Under the pieces are notes generated by a model. That model did no database searches and was not told where the DNA came from. It saw nothing but the letters and a program-made list of their open reading frames with translations. Position numbers and translations under genes: made by a program. A stretch of 64,000 nucleotides of DNA from Eledone cirrhosa (lineage: Eukaryota): NCBI GenBank assembly GCA_964016885.1, contig OZ024743.1, forward strand, positions 152,396,001-152,460,000, written 5' to 3'. This document shows, one piece after another, positions 1 to 14,406 of this stretch. Every line of letters starts with the position of its first letter. Position 1 is the first letter of the stretch.

Positions 1-689
1 GACAGTGGCATAGCACCTAATTAGATAAATATTTTTAGGATTTTTCCTGTCTATTTTTTCAGATGTGTATAAGTTAACTTTGGATAAAATAAAGGTGATC
101 TTCCCTTTTTCAAACACTATGTCATTTAATTTCCATTTTTTTTCAAGTAATAAACAGTGATGCTTCAAACATGTTCTGATTTAAAGTATAAAATATGTAG
201 CTGTATGTAATCTCCATCATAGTGGTGATTTCACCAGGATGTTTTTGTATAGGTGACAAAACAAATAATTATGCATGTAACTTGAATTATATTGCGACTA
301 CTATATTGGATTAAACTAAAATATTACATATTCTATATTAACAATTTTTTTTTTTCCTTTTGAAATTTTAATGACATTCATGTTTGTATTTTCTTATTCT
401 AATTTCTAGGTTTTGAATTTACAGTTGTAATATGATGGATCACCGAAATAGCAGCCAAATTTCCCTCAAATTATACTCCATTGGCATAAAAAAGCGGGGC
501 ACATTGGATAATATAAACCAAAATACATAATGCATTAAAAGAAAGAAAGGGATGCTTATGGCTGGAACCCTTTTGATCATTGGTCTCTTTGTTCAAGAAG
601 GGTCTATGGAGTAACATTACTTGATAGAATACATAGCTTGGAGATCAGGTAGTCACTCCAGGTGGGGCCACTACTTCTCCGAACTGCAA

Positions 690-885
690 GATACTACAGA
701 CAGAAAAAAATGATGGACAAGTTTTACTAGCAAAATCAACCAGCAGGAGACCCAGGGGTAGACTCTGAGCAAGAGAGTTAGATAACATTCATGAGTTTGG
801 CTAGACTTGATTGGGGATCCAGCTGGATCAACTAGAGATGGTTGCTTCTGACAGAACCCACTGGAATAAATGATTCAGAACTCTA
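690..885 (+). mobile_element. RTE-clade LINE 3' fragment, degraded
   Basis: Similar to the minus-strand RTE end at 5985-6250 (…SRRPRGR…DNIHE…LGIQ…LEMVASD…). Confidence 0.6.
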
Positions 886-1179
886 TGAGAAGAAGAAGAA
901 TCTAACTGAAATTGCTTGTCTCAAATGAAATAAGATATGGACCAACACCCTAAGACAAAATCACCATTCCTACTAAACAAGAACTCTATACAGTAAAACA
1001 TGAAGCAGTAAAAGATAAAACAAATCTATTGTTTTTAATACATTATGAAATGCAATTTACCTCATAAAGAATAGACATTAACTATATATTCAAATTAATT
1101 ATGCAAGCAAGGAAAATTGGATGTAAAATGATGATGATGATTTACTATGGGGATTTTGGTTGGTGTTTTTGTCCTGTAA

Positions 1180-1456
1180 AGACCATGGAATTTGAACCTA
1201 GAAAGTTCCCCTCCAAGGCACAATTCCATGCAAGGTTGTTTGTGGAAGACTAACAGTAGCCCATGCATACCAGTCACCCCTCTCCATGTCACCGATGTTG
1301 TCCAATGGCCGATACAGCTTGGCACCAGTGACGTCGCAACACTCATTTCTACAGCTGAGTAAACAGGAACAACGTGAAAGAAAGTGTCTTGCTGAAAGAC
1401 AACACACAGCCCAGTCCAGAAATCCAACGCCCAACCTCACGATTGCAAGCCCAATG
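1180..1456 (-). mobile_element. tRNA-derived CORE-like SINE
   Basis: Minus strand carries CAGCAAGACACTTTC…GTTTACTCAGCTGTAGAAATGAG, resembling the CORE domain; same family at 47893-48235. Confidence 0.75.
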
Positions 1457-2076
1457 CCTTTTGTCCTGTATGGGGAATATAATGAAACCAATGAGCATTC
1501 GTTTGGTAATGTAAGGTTAAAAAGCATTTAATCATCAGTACTAAATTACTATTCTCAAATTGTGTATTTTCAATCAAAACTATATTAAAAAAAAAATTAT
1601 TAGTTTGACTGTTCATGCGATAAATATATTTTTTCCTCATTCATTTCATATATTTAATGTTATTTCATTAAAAATACAATTATTTGGACTTAAAATCTTA
1701 GGAACAAAACTAACGGTAACAGTTCCAATAAGAAAAAAAAAGACAACAAATTATTCTATAATGAATATGAACAACTGACCACACAAATTTGAAGGGAGGG
1801 ATCAGGTGATTATACTCACAACCAAAATGTGAATGCAATCAATTAAATCCGAAGTATTTTGATCACAGCACTATCGATTGTGCCTTTAATTCCCGACCCA
1901 TCAAATATTTTATTAAATGGTCATAAGTATCCAGATTGAAGTGAGTGAAGTCCAAGCATTTTTTATTGGGTAAAATGATTATGATTGAAACCAAATTATA
2001 TTTGCCCTATAGCAGTTACTTTTACCTTACAGCAATCACTAAGGGTTCCAAATTTTATGAGGGAACATAAGATTCT

Positions 2077-2752
2077 GGCATACGTCAAGACAGGCGGTCA
2101 GGAAAGTGAAAGTAATTTTTGACACTGAATTTTTTTTTTTTTTTTTTACAACAGGTCTCAATAGTGAAAGTTACAATACACACGCAATTGTATGGATTTC
2201 TTAATATATATATATGTGTGGGTGTGTATATGTGTGTATATATATATATGTGTGTGTATGTATGTATATATATGTGTGTTTGTATATATATATGTGTTTG
2301 TGTCATCATCATCGTTTAACGTCTATCTTCCACGCAAGCATGGGTTTCTGACCCAAATCCCTTATCATTCTCTGTCCTTCTTATGACCCGACCTTAATTT
2401 CTTTGGGGACAGAGAGTTGGTGCAAACAAGTTTGGCGAGATGTACAAACACATATATACACACACAAACATATATATACGTCTAAACCCATGCTTGCGTG
2501 GAAGATAGACGTTAAACGATGATGATGACACAAACACATATATATATACAAACACACATATATATATACATACAGACACACATATATATACACACATATA
2601 CACACCCACACATATATATATATTAAGAAATCCATACAATTGCGTGTGTATCGTAACTTTCACTATTGAGACCTGTTGTAAAAAAAAAAATTAAAAAAAT
2701 TCAGTGTCAAAAATTACTTTCACTTTCCTGACCGCCCGTCTTGACGTATGCC
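2077..2752. mobile_element. Non-autonomous Mutator-like/foldback DNA element with ~270-bp TIRs and 9-bp TSD
   Basis: Arms 2077-2347 and 2484-2752 are near-identical reverse complements (GGCATACGTCAAGAC…); perfect TSD TAAGATTCT at 2068-2076 and 2753-2761. Confidence 0.9.
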
Positions 2753-3492
2753 TAAGATTCTTTAACATTCATACGTTAAATTCTTGGAAATAATTTATCA
2801 ATTCGTTCAAACAAATGTTACGTTTGTTGGATGGGGACATATTTGATCCGTTTGTAAAATATTATAAGTGAAATGAAAGTAAAATTACTATAGTAGATAA
2901 TTAAATTGTATTTTTGACTGCTCACTGGGGTCTTATCTTTGGTACCAGAACTAATGCAGTCATTTAATTGTTAGCAATGTAAATTGTTTTTTAACTGGTA
3001 ATTGAAACTGCTTCGCAATTTGATTTACGATATTTCCTCCATGGAATGAAATATCAATTTCTTATTTAAACACAAGGCCAGCAAATTTGGTGGGAAGAGC
3101 AAAGTTGATTAAATCAATCCCAGTACTTGACTGGTAGTTTATTTTATTGTATGGAATGTAATATTCATGACAATTTAATAAACACAAGCTTATAACAATT
3201 AAATCGAACTCGGTATGTGTTATTATGTCCCCCACCAATCAACTTCAAAAATGACGAAAAGCAAAGTTTAACCTGGAGAATATTTGAAATTCAGGACGAT
3301 AGAATGGCGGAACTGTTAGCGTATGACATTTGCATTCTGAGTTCAACTGTGGATCCACTGTTGCCAAGTTTTATCAGCCCTTACCTTTATCTTGGACAAA
3401 ATTGGAAGCATGAAGAGGGAGAGATTTTCATAAACAACATTGTCCAAGAGATGAACTTTCCAGGTGTAGAAACGTGGTCTCACGAAACATAC

Positions 3493-3652
3493 GTATAAAT
3501 GTATCCTGCCTTTTTTTCATGCACAGAGTAGAAAGAAGACCCCCCATATCACCCACATAACGACCTTTGTCGAAGTTTCTGAAATCCATGTGTAAAATAA
3601 ATAATTATAACAGGTTAAGCATTCAGACCAAAACAATAAGTTACATCCATAC
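3493..3652 (-). other. Candidate exon of a minus-strand host gene
   Basis: Acceptor TTTAATTTTATAAATTTACAG| at 3653 and donor |GTATGT at 3492; one frame reads MDFRNFDKGRYVGDMGGLLSTLCMKKRQDTFI up to the donor. Confidence 0.4.
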
Positions 3653-5197
3653 CTGTAAATTTATAAAATTAAAGACTCGTCATTTTCCCCCAGTAAATAT
3701 GTGCTCCCACATGTTTTTATGCACTTAGAATTTGTCAATAGAAGCTATCTAGTTTACGACGATAGAGGCAACCTTTCCGCCTAAAACCACAATTTAAAGT
3801 TAAATCATTGCCATTTCCCTCAGGTTTTCACATCGTTTCTTTTCACACTCATCTATTCCGATACTTAACCTACCCAATACCTAAATGCACTGTACCATAC
3901 ATTAATAAACATGAAACCAAATTTTATTTCCCTTGTACACAAACATTTTGGTATATAAAAAGAAACTAGTAAATTCAGGAAAACAAAACACTTTTGTATT
4001 TCTAAAGAATGTATAGAACCATGCAAACAGACGTGTTTGCTTGTTTATCTTATTTGTTAGAACATTCTACAATAATTTGCTTCCGTTTCAGACAGCCGTT
4101 TGACAAAAGCGTATAAGAAATTATTTTCCGTCAACCTTTTGATGCATTATTATAGTTTCGGTTAGGGCGGTGGTGTAGTAAAACTAAAAAAAAACTAACG
4201 TGTCGAAAGAAATACGTTTTCACCAATAGTTTTTAGTTTAAATCGCGCCAGGCTCGATATTTCCTTTCATCCTTATATGTACCAATAGTATGCTACCAAT
4301 TCCGTTGCAATTTTTCGGTTTTGTGTTTGTTAGGTAGTAGTGGTGAAGCCAGCGATAAGTGAGGTCCTAGTCTATAATTTAGTTTTAAATCTCTCTGAAG
4401 CCTAAATTGACTTTACTTCATCTACATCCCTAAAGTCCCCGGGACATTAGAATCTTATTTCATTTCCGTATCAAATCATAGCTATATGCTTAAGAAATTT
4501 ATTATTAGTTGATTCAACGCTAAGCTCTCGGCAAAACTCGACCACGATAATTTGTTATATTTCACTCAAGCCCGTAATGCACACCGCTAAGACATGAACA
4601 ATCGCTTCATGCTACCTTTCTGTATTAATTTGAATTCAAATCCTCGTGTCTTATAAAAGAAAAATTAATACTATTTAATACACTCCTTAAGTTTTAATAA
4701 CAGTTCAGACATATATCAAACTTGGACGTAAACATAAAAGTGACTGGAAGCAACAAGAAACGTGTTTTTTTTTAATAATATTAAGAAGTTTGCAGTTAAT
4801 TAATTAAAATGTTTTCAAGTAATTACACACTCATAAATTCTATTAAACTGTTATGTTGTCATAGATTTATATTTCTTGAGTAGTGTTTCTTGTCCAAGTG
4901 TTAATAGTGAAAAAAGTGTCGAAAATAAAAAATATCTCACGTTTGGAGTCGGTTAAGAACTAGCTGTTGGCGAATAAAAACATAATGGAATAAGCTTTAA
5001 AGAAATAAATAGCCTAACACCTTAACTATTTAGTCAATGCAGAGGCTGTGCTGAAGATAAAGTGTGTTTTACAATATGGAGACGGTCCTCCAATATAACT
5101 GAAAACAATACAAGAAAAAGTATGTAGCAATCAAAGAAATATGTTTGCCGTTTCTGTTATTCATTTTTCTTGCGTTGTAGAATCCAAGTAAACTCAC

Positions 5198-5436
5198 CGC
5201 GAGCGAATATCAATTTCCAGTGAAACCATTTCCTTCACATATGTCTTGTGGCAATATATTCGACAATATACAATTGAAGAAAAATCTTCCGTGGTAATTC
5301 CCAATGACTCATTAAGAGTTACATGACAATGGTAATATTTCGTTTTGAGATCACAATTCCCAGTAAAAATAACACTTCCTGTCATTGTTTGTAATTCCTC
5401 GTTTCTATCTTCTTTTTTTACCAAACGGTGCATCAT
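5198..5436 (-). CDS. Candidate first exon of an unidentified host gene (coding or uORF)
   Basis: Non-repetitive ATG-initiated ORF (MMHRLVKKED…EIDIRS) ending at a consensus donor CG|GTGAGT (5197); CpG-rich stretch immediately upstream (5460-5525). Confidence 0.4.
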
Positions 5437-5754
5437 TCATAAACAAACACAGTAGAAAGTACGTGGAGCATACTGAATGAAAAATATTGCGCGATGCATG
5501 GGGCGTCGTGCACAGTAACCATCGAGAATTTTAAACTATTTTAGTGAAATGAATTCTAATCATTGTTCGTTTCACATTTCAATTTTTCAATTTCATAAGT
5601 ATTTTTTTACAATAAATCATTCGGATTTTATCGGTATGCATATAAATCAGGTAACGTTCACTTTCATTTCTTCACATTCATTTACGATTACTGTTGATCC
5701 TGTCGTCATTTCCAACAGAAGTTGTCTGTGATTATAAAAGATTACCTTTATTCA

Positions 5755-5804
<50 letters not shown>

Positions 5805-5984
5805 TATAAGAACAGATTTTAGTCTTCACATTTATTATTATATATATATATATATCAAGTATCAAGGCCGGTGCCCCACCATGGCCTCAGCCGGATGGCT
5901 GGAACAGGTAAAAGAGTATTTTGTGTAAGAAATACCTCGCTTTGGAGTACGTATGTTTTATTGCTGTGTTCTCGAACAGTTGTT

Positions 5985-6720
5985 TGTCCTTCTTCAGAGG
6001 GTTGTGAGATCAGAGTTCTCAAACACTCCTTCCGGTGAGTCGTGTCAGAAGCAACCATCTCCAACCGATTAGGCTGGATCCCCAAGCGAGACCAGCGAGG
6101 CTCGTGGATGTTATCCAACCATATTGCTCGGGATCTGCCCCTGAGTCTCCTACTGGTTGGTTTTGTCCGTAATTTCTGCCCAGCGATTCTTTCCTGAAAC
6201 ATTCTAACCACATGTCCACAGTATCGGAACGGCTCTACGAATAAGGTTACTCCAAAGACCCTTCGGAAGAACTCGCTTGTTTTCGCGATCGTATTATTTC
6301 GGTCATTACCCAAGATTCATGACCATAAGTAAAGGTTGGCACGAATAATGAATTGAAGATAGCGAGTTTGACTTTTACACCTATCTCCTTCTTCTGATTA
6401 CTGAATGCTGAAGCTGGCGCAGTTTTCGCAGCACTGATTTTCATTCCAGCCACACAGCACTCGGTATCAAACCTTCTGTCGAGTTTAGTAACACCATATC
6501 GTCTACAATTTCCAGCCAAATGATTTTACACCTCCCAGTCGTGATACCATTCCAACCCGGCTGCGCATGTCAATCCTGTTCATGAAAATAATGAACAAGA
6601 TAGGTGGTAACACGCACACTTGGCTAAATCCGAATCCCACATTGAATGGTTTCGATTTAGCACCGTTTATCCGAACACAAATAATCGGGCATTCGTATAA
6701 AGAACAAGAAGCTGCCCATC
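5985..6720 (-). mobile_element. RTE-clade LINE, degraded RT C-terminal part
   Basis: Fragments LFIIFMNRID, IFNSLFVPTFTYGHESW, GHVVRM, RRLRGRSRAIWLDNI; stops and frameshifts. Confidence 0.8.
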
Positions 6721-6958
6721 GACTCCGTACTCTTGCAGAACTGTCTACAGCAGGTCCTGAGGAACGCGGTCATTTTCCTTTTTCCCGAAAGTAAAAAGAA
6801 TGCAGCAACTGCATTTTTTGCGTACCGTAGTGGAAACTATTGCTCAGCAAACTGAATGAGAATATCTTAGTAACTGTACCTGAAACACAACGTGAGTTTA
6901 AAAGGCGAAGAAACACTTTAGCTATGATGTCTGCCTTCGATAGATCCAAGAGAAATAT

Positions 6959-8090
6959 ATGAAACAGAACAAGGTGGCCTTGTGTACGATCATCGTTGAC
7001 TTCACTAATGTATTCGAGACAGTAAATCGGTCGAAACTGTGTCAAGTATTAAAAAGTTTTGGATATTTGGAGAACTTAATTCACATGAAAGAATATTTAC
7101 CTACTAGCATGAGAACTCAGTTTCCGCAAATGAGCTCGAGCTTTGCATAGTTTACCTGTAGTCAAGCGGGACTGTGTGCTAGCGCCAACATTATTCTCAC
7201 TTTATTTGTTACGATACTGGAGGAGGCATTTTTCAGTTCAATTGAAAGTGTCACACGCTGAGACCTGATGCTAACCTTTATTATCTACAACTAGTTGGAT
7301 TTCCGTCGGTTTAAACGATGATTGTTTCAAGTCTTCGATCAGCTAAACATGTAAGTAGCTGAGTATTCAACAGACTCGCGTATAACATAACCTTCATGGA
7401 GAAACAGTATGATAAAGCAGGCCCTTTGAATTGTCGGTACTATCTATCTGACCAGTTTCCAATTTACAATTTCACTCACAAAGTTTGAGTCGATACGAAG
7501 CTATGGTTAAAAAAATGAAACGAAAAAAAAAGAAGTTCAAGATGCCATACAGTGGGAGTGATCCTTGAATCTCATAATTGTGAAGTTCTTAGCCACACGA
7601 TCCTGCCATGCTTATAAGATATACAGAAAACTAAACAAAGCATAAAATAACAATTCACTATGAGTGCATGAGATCGGTCATGAATATCACATGATGTTCC
7701 CGATCACAAGATCAGAAATACCTTCATCTTTATGCCAAGCTCAATGGAACTGAAGAAATATTGGTGCGACAATACCTCCGCTGGCTTATTCTAGTCATAG
7801 TTGTCTAGTGGTACGAGTGACAAGTCGAAACGTTTGTAACCAGTGATGAGATTTTTTTAATTTCAGAGTAGTGGTGGTAGGGTGTTATAACGTCTACGAA
7901 CATTTCCAAACCTCAGCCCCACGTACCTCAGCTGATTCCTAAAATGGATTTCATTATTGGCTGTTGCTAAACGTAATATGAGGAGATTGGACATTATGGC
8001 CGCACAGCTGGACCACAGAAGCTGAAGATAGAAACCAAACGAAGATAGATTTACTTCTGATATTCCATTTCATATGGATAGTCATCAACG
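6959..8090 (+). mobile_element. RTE/BovB-like LINE relics interrupted by SINE pieces
   Basis: IVDFTNVFETVNR (RT D-x-x-K-A-F-D-like), VKRDCVLAPTLFSL, later RQYLRWL-like remnants. Confidence 0.6.
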
Positions 8091-9137
8091 GACAGCCAAT
8101 GATATGATGATGATGATAATGATTTCAAACAGTTTCTGTCGATGAGATGATCGCTAGCTAGAGAATGGTACCATCAGAATGTAAATAATTGTTTCTACGT
8201 TAGGCACAAGGCCAGCAATTACTCTGAATGTAAATAATAATCAGAATATGAAACTACCAATTTCAAACGGCTTTTCAAAGAACCCAATAGATGAGTTATA
8301 TCAAACAAAAACGTGCCAACATGTGAGCCTATACGCACTCGATCAACCTGCTGGAAATAGCAGCCAAACTTCCCTTACACTGCACCGTCGAAAATAAGGG
8401 CATATTAGATAATGTGGGCAGAGGTTCACAATGTCTGGAAAAAATACGGGCTGGTCATGGCTGGAATGCCTTGGATCATATGTCTTTTAGATCAAGGTCC
8501 GCTTGTGACTAAACAACAGCCAGAAGAGAAACAATAAATTCCAGGCTGAATGTATAATATGAATTAACAAGAAATCATTTGAGTTTCAGTGGAATTGTGT
8601 CAGTAACTAGATAACATATCCGACAATAATTTTGACACCACCAAAACAAACGAAATGTGAATATAGATTTTGGGGTGTTTTTTTAATGACTAAAATAACT
8701 CTTGCACGATGTAATTGCATCAGTTTCAACACACCAACTCAAATCAAATCACTTGCCAAACAAATACAACTCGTCATTTATTTCTTTTTATTAGTTATAA
8801 TACAAGTGATGGGAAATATCTAAAAATCGAACACGTGCAGTAAAATTTGGATATAACAAGATTGTTTACAAGCCTTCTCTCGTCTATTTAACCATATACA
8901 CAGGTTATCAAATCGGTTGCATAGGGATATTGTTGTGGTAGTGGTTGGGTGGTGGTCATGCTGAAGCCATCATCTTCCATTTACATTTGCCATCCGCCAG
9001 TGATGATACAACAATCAGCTGAGAGACTTAGGGACTTGGCTGATTCCAATCGATTCGCCAAAGAGAAGTCTTGTTTATGGTATATTGCACAACTTAAATG
9101 TTCTATCCTAGTCCGATTGAAATGACGTTTTAATGAC

Positions 9138-9282
<145 letters not shown>

Positions 9283-9822
9283 AGGGGGCGAAACGACGGG
9301 GGAAGACTGATAGAGAAAAGCAAGTGTATATGAGAGCACAATGTAATCTATATAGATTAAATATATGTGTGCGTGTGTAAACAAATACACACACAGACAC
9401 ATATATATATATACACACACACACAGTAATTATGATACAAGCAGACCATTTTAAAGTTCGTTTAATTTGTAATTATTCGTCTAGTTACAGATAATTTCTT
9501 CAGTGGTGCTAGAAGCAAGACAAATGCCAATTTATTTGAATGAGAATTGTAGAGTATTACACTGACTGTGTATGCATGCGTGTGAAAACAATACGATTCC
9601 AAATAGAAGCAAACATTCTTGTTATTAATTCTCACACATATACATAATATACACTACGTATTACACATACACACACATACACATATCTATATATATATAT
9701 ATAGATATGTTTCTTATATATATAGATAGACAGACACGTATGTGTGCAACAATAATGAATATATTCTGCTTGTATGAATCACTAAATAATATGCTTGTTA
9801 GGCTATATATATATATATACGT

Positions 9823-9859
<37 letters not shown>

Positions 9860-10013
9860 AACCTACATAAATACAATGGTTTGTTGAAGGAGTCCACTCT
9901 AGTCAAGCGATTTAGGCGAGGTCTCCGATCTGAGGATTATATTTCGTCCCACCAGTGGTGAGGGACCAGCGAGGGGTCATATGCTTCTCTTACTAAGCCT
10001 ATATATATATATA

Positions 10014-10062
<49 letters not shown>

Positions 10063-11669
10063 TTATTGATTTGTCATTAGACTGTGGTTACGCTAGGGTA
10101 CCGGCGTCATATCGACCTGAATACACATTTCATTGATATATATTTTATCGATCTCTATCTGTCGAAGAGCTAGGTTACGAAACATAAAGGAGCACAACAT
10201 AAACAACTTTGTAAACACACACACATATATATACACATACCCACAAACACACACTCACTTATACATACATATATATATATACCACGGGCTTCTGCATAAT
10301 TTCCAGCTACCAAATTCCACTCACATGTTATTGGTCAACCGGAGGTTATACGAATCGAACTCTGTGGCACGTGGTAGCAAAATTACGGATTCGATCCCAC
10401 TGATCACCACCTTCTATATATTTGGGATGACCAGTGTGAGGGCTTTGTTAGACGAAAAATATACAGAAGCTCTTCGTGTGAATAGATGCATCAGTACAGT
10501 ATATACACAATCTATTATATAATTTGAAAGATTAATCACGAAACACTAGAACAAATAACCGAAAGCCAGCACAGGAGGCCCTACACAGTCGTTCGATCTG
10601 CAAGAAATAGCAGCTAAATCTCTTTCAAAGAACATTTTAAAGGAAAACAACACATTAGATAACATAGTCATTACAAACCGGGAATGAATTTGGTTAAAGG
10701 TATGCTGGACCAGGCTTGGCCTGGGGCTAAACAACAACCGAAATTAAATCACAAGCCGGCAATGACTGAATGCCAAGTTTTATCTCAAAACTAGACTTTT
10801 TTCCTATTCCAATTTAATTTTAGTTGATTTTATATTTTAACCAGAAAACATTGTCTCCGCTTTTCACACAATATAGTTTTGTAACAATTTATATACTTTC
10901 GAGCTAGAACAGCTTATACATATTTATATTATATGAGCAGTCCTATTTATAGATCTTACGAAAACAACCAAAAACAAATAAAAGACAAACTACTATCGAA
11001 GAAACCTCTAGGTAGTCGCTCGACCTGTTAGAAATAGCGTCGAAATCTCCCTCATATTATAACGTTTTAAATAAAGGACACATTGGATAACGTAGTCATA
11101 TATCTATATACACATAAAAAGACGTGATAGTCACAGCTGGAATATCTTTGATCGGAGGTTTGCTCGATACGTGTTTGCAGGAAGCTAAACAGCAACAACC
11201 TGTATATTATATGCATATAGAATAAGACCCCGAGCAAGTAGTTATTTACTGACTGCCAAAAGTAATGTTTGAAACAAGCTGCTGGAAGAAGAGGGTGGGG
11301 TTATTTGGGGAAAGAAGTATAAGTTTAGTGGGGACAGCAGCATCTTGCATGTTTTCACTCCTTTTGGTTTGCTAGTGTTTACTTTGCTCGAACAGAAGTC
11401 AACTTTTTGAAGACACCCTCTACTTTATGTATAACATTTTTACATGTGTCAAGCTTACACATATATATATACTTGTGCTTATTTATCTGGCTTCTGTGTT
11501 TGGTATGTGTACTTGTTCGTCCTCATATTTCTTTTGTAGTTTTCGAGTGTATTCATAACAATACAATGACATGTCAAATTGAAATTAATATATGCTTAAT
11601 AATTTTACTACATTTACAAACACGAATATAAAATTAATATATATGCGTAGTATATATATATATATATAT

Positions 11670-11847
11670 AACTTAATACAATTCTCAATCGGTATTTTAA
11701 TTTCTTGTGTTATCAACACATTGACGTATAAACTCACATACATGTTTGCATATATATATATATGCAAACATGTATGTGAGTTTATACGTCAATGTATGTG
11801 AGTTTAACACAAGAAATTAAAATACCGATTGAGAATTGTATTAAGTT
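11670..11847. repeat. Nested palindrome/inverted repeat centred on a (TA)n tract
   Basis: Outer arms 11670-11712 and 11805-11847; inner perfect palindrome 11718-11795. Confidence 0.85.
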
Positions 11848-13834
11848 TTTTTGTTTCAATTTATTTGTGGCATGAATGAGATAATGTGTAGAAGGGGAGA
11901 AATGAAATTTGGTCAGTGAGGGTGGGATGTGTGTCTATTTAGGCATGGTTTGTGAGTAACAGTGATGAATCAGTCATTCGTATTAACCTACATGTTTACA
12001 TGTTCCATCACAACACATGTTAAAATATATGACAACAATAAACGGTAAAACGACCGAGAATGAAAGATCCAAAATAAGCGGACTTACCTTTCCTCGTGAG
12101 TGTATATGGTGTAATAACAGAATAATAATAAATCGACTCCGAACGTCACTTAGTGAGTGCCAAAATATATTTACATACACATACACTGTGTATATGTATG
12201 CATACATATATAGTTGTACATATACATACATATATATATATTAATATCACTATATATATTTATCTATCCATTTCACTTCGTATATATATGTAAACACGCA
12301 CATACATAAATGTTTGTTTGTATATACGTGTGTGTGTGTGAATATATTTATGTATGTGTGTGAGCCTGCTGCTGTTTGCGTGTATACAGATCTTTTCCCC
12401 CCGTATTTATATCACTTGCTGATTTTCTCTTGGCTTGTACGGGATTACAGCAGGTAGGTAAGGAAGGTGCCAGTAATCTGTCTAGGCGTGGAGGAGCAGC
12501 GCCAGTCATTCAGCCAGCATGGCAAGAAGGAAGAGAGGAAGAAAAAGTGACGAAGATACAAATCGAAAGAATTCACTATATATAAATATATATATATGTA
12601 CGTACAGGCAGTAGTTATATATTTATGTTGTAAATAGAAAGAAAATAATAGGATACGATGGGGGCAGGTAATATATAAACTAGATAGATAGAGAGATAGA
12701 TAAGTAGCATACAGGTTTGTTACTTTTTGGGAAGTATGTGCGTAGGCCTGTTTGTGTTTTTTCCTGTGTTATTTTTGCCGCTATCAGGAATGGGAAGTGG
12801 CGGCGGTACGCAGCTGATGTGTTACGGTGGTTGGAGCTAGAGGTGCTTTCAAGAACCACTAGTTGGCTACTGCATCTGCCTTGGAAACGAAAAATAGCGA
12901 GACAGGAAGAAATAGAGAGAAAAATAACTGTGTGCGCACGCGAGTGTCGGTGTATGTGAGGAGAAAGAGAAAGAATAAGTGTTTATGAGGAAAAGAGAGA
13001 AAGTGAGTATATATAAAGTGTGTGTATATATGTGTGTATATAAGAAAGTGGATTTGTATATAAGTGTATCTCTTCGAGTGGTTATATTAGTTTCTGTAAT
13101 AGGAGTATATAGTGAAAGAAAGAGATGAAGGTAGAAGAAGTCAGACTAAACGATCGAGAGAAAGATAGGATAACAAAACATATGATGAAAGAGAAGTAGA
13201 GGGAAAAGAGGGTCGCAGAGAGAGACATTAATAGGAGGATGGGGCGGTACCTGTACGTAATACTTATGTATAAGAATGATATTGATGGAACTTTTTACAC
13301 TGGTAGTTTGTTACTTTCAACGTTTCATTTTTTTGTATGTTTATTTTTTTCATCGATGTGAAAGCCATTATTAATTAGAGTAAGCAATGACAATGGTGTT
13401 GGTCTTGTTTATGGTGATGATGTCGGTGACAGCAGACGAATGCCAACGCTTTAGTTCCACTTGTTTTGTCTTGTCTTGCCTGTAAGATATTCAGTACACC
13501 GGAAAATTCATCGCCACGACAGACGACTCTTTCATTCAAATTTCTTTGACTCCTCTTACAACACTCACTAACTTTACGCATTCACTAAAGTGTTAGTATA
13601 TTATATATAAATACTTATATGTATATAAACACAACATACACGCACACACATATATATATTTGTATATATGTATACTTCGTTTTTGAATTTTTTTTGCGAA
13701 ATTTCTTATCTGAAAACGTGTTGAAACAGATATTGTTATACTTTGGGAGGGTCATGCTGCCAATAAAAACACACGCACCTGTTGTTTTTCATTTCAATTT
13801 GTTATAAATTTCTGGTGGCTGGTTGTTTATATAT

Positions 13835-13878
13835 TGCCAAGGCTCTTTCGTCACGCATACTGTGACCTCCTCGGTGAC
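13835..13878 (-). ncRNA. Degenerate minimal hammerhead-ribozyme-like motif
   Basis: GUCA-CCGAGGA-G-GUCAC(AGUAUGC)GUGAC-GAAA-GAGCCU-UGGC; core deviates from consensus. Confidence 0.4.
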
Positions 13879-13943
13879 TGATTTCTTATTCTGTGCCTCT
13901 CCATTGCTCTGACCTACACCATCTTGTTTTTGTGTGTTGTGCC

Positions 13944-13974
<31 letters not shown>

Positions 13975-14370
13975 CACTCAGCCTCCGGAATCCTCCCCCA
14001 CCCCTCCCCATCCACACACGCACGCACACACCGACCTACACCCCACCCCACACAAACACCTTTTCCTGAACATGGAACCCCGTTCTTCCCCCAACTCTCA
14101 CATTCACATACACACACACACACGTACACCTACACACACACACCACCTTCAGTCCTCCCCGCTCGGACACCCTGCCTCCCTCTCCCCACTCCACCCGCCA
14201 CCACCCCTACACGCCTCACACCCTTCCACCACTTGTTTATCTTCATGTTTATTTTTATTTTTATTGTTTTTATATTTATTTTCATTTGTACCGTTTCCTC
14301 TCATCCCCTTTTTTCTAAATGTCTCTCCCCCACTCCCCTAAACACCCTTGGAACTCTCTTCCGACACACT

Positions 14371-14406
14371 TTTCGCCTGAAGAAGGGCTTATGCCCGAAA
14401 CGTCGT
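14371..14406 (+). ncRNA. Minimal type I hammerhead ribozyme (Penelope-pLTR type)
   Basis: CUGAAGA(14377)-A-GGGC-UUAU-GCCC-GAAA-CGUC; stem I very weak; AATAAA about 40 nt downstream. Confidence 0.7.

Noticed and set aside
7822-7852. GUC-GAAAC-GUU…GUGAUGA-GAU, type II HHR-like order
   Set aside because: Core C missing and stems only 2-3 bp; likely chance
9860-10000. TA-flanked insert with a GUCCC…GGGAC-GAAA hairpin on the minus strand
   Set aside because: No CUGANGA or stem I in the right place; cannot be called a ribozyme
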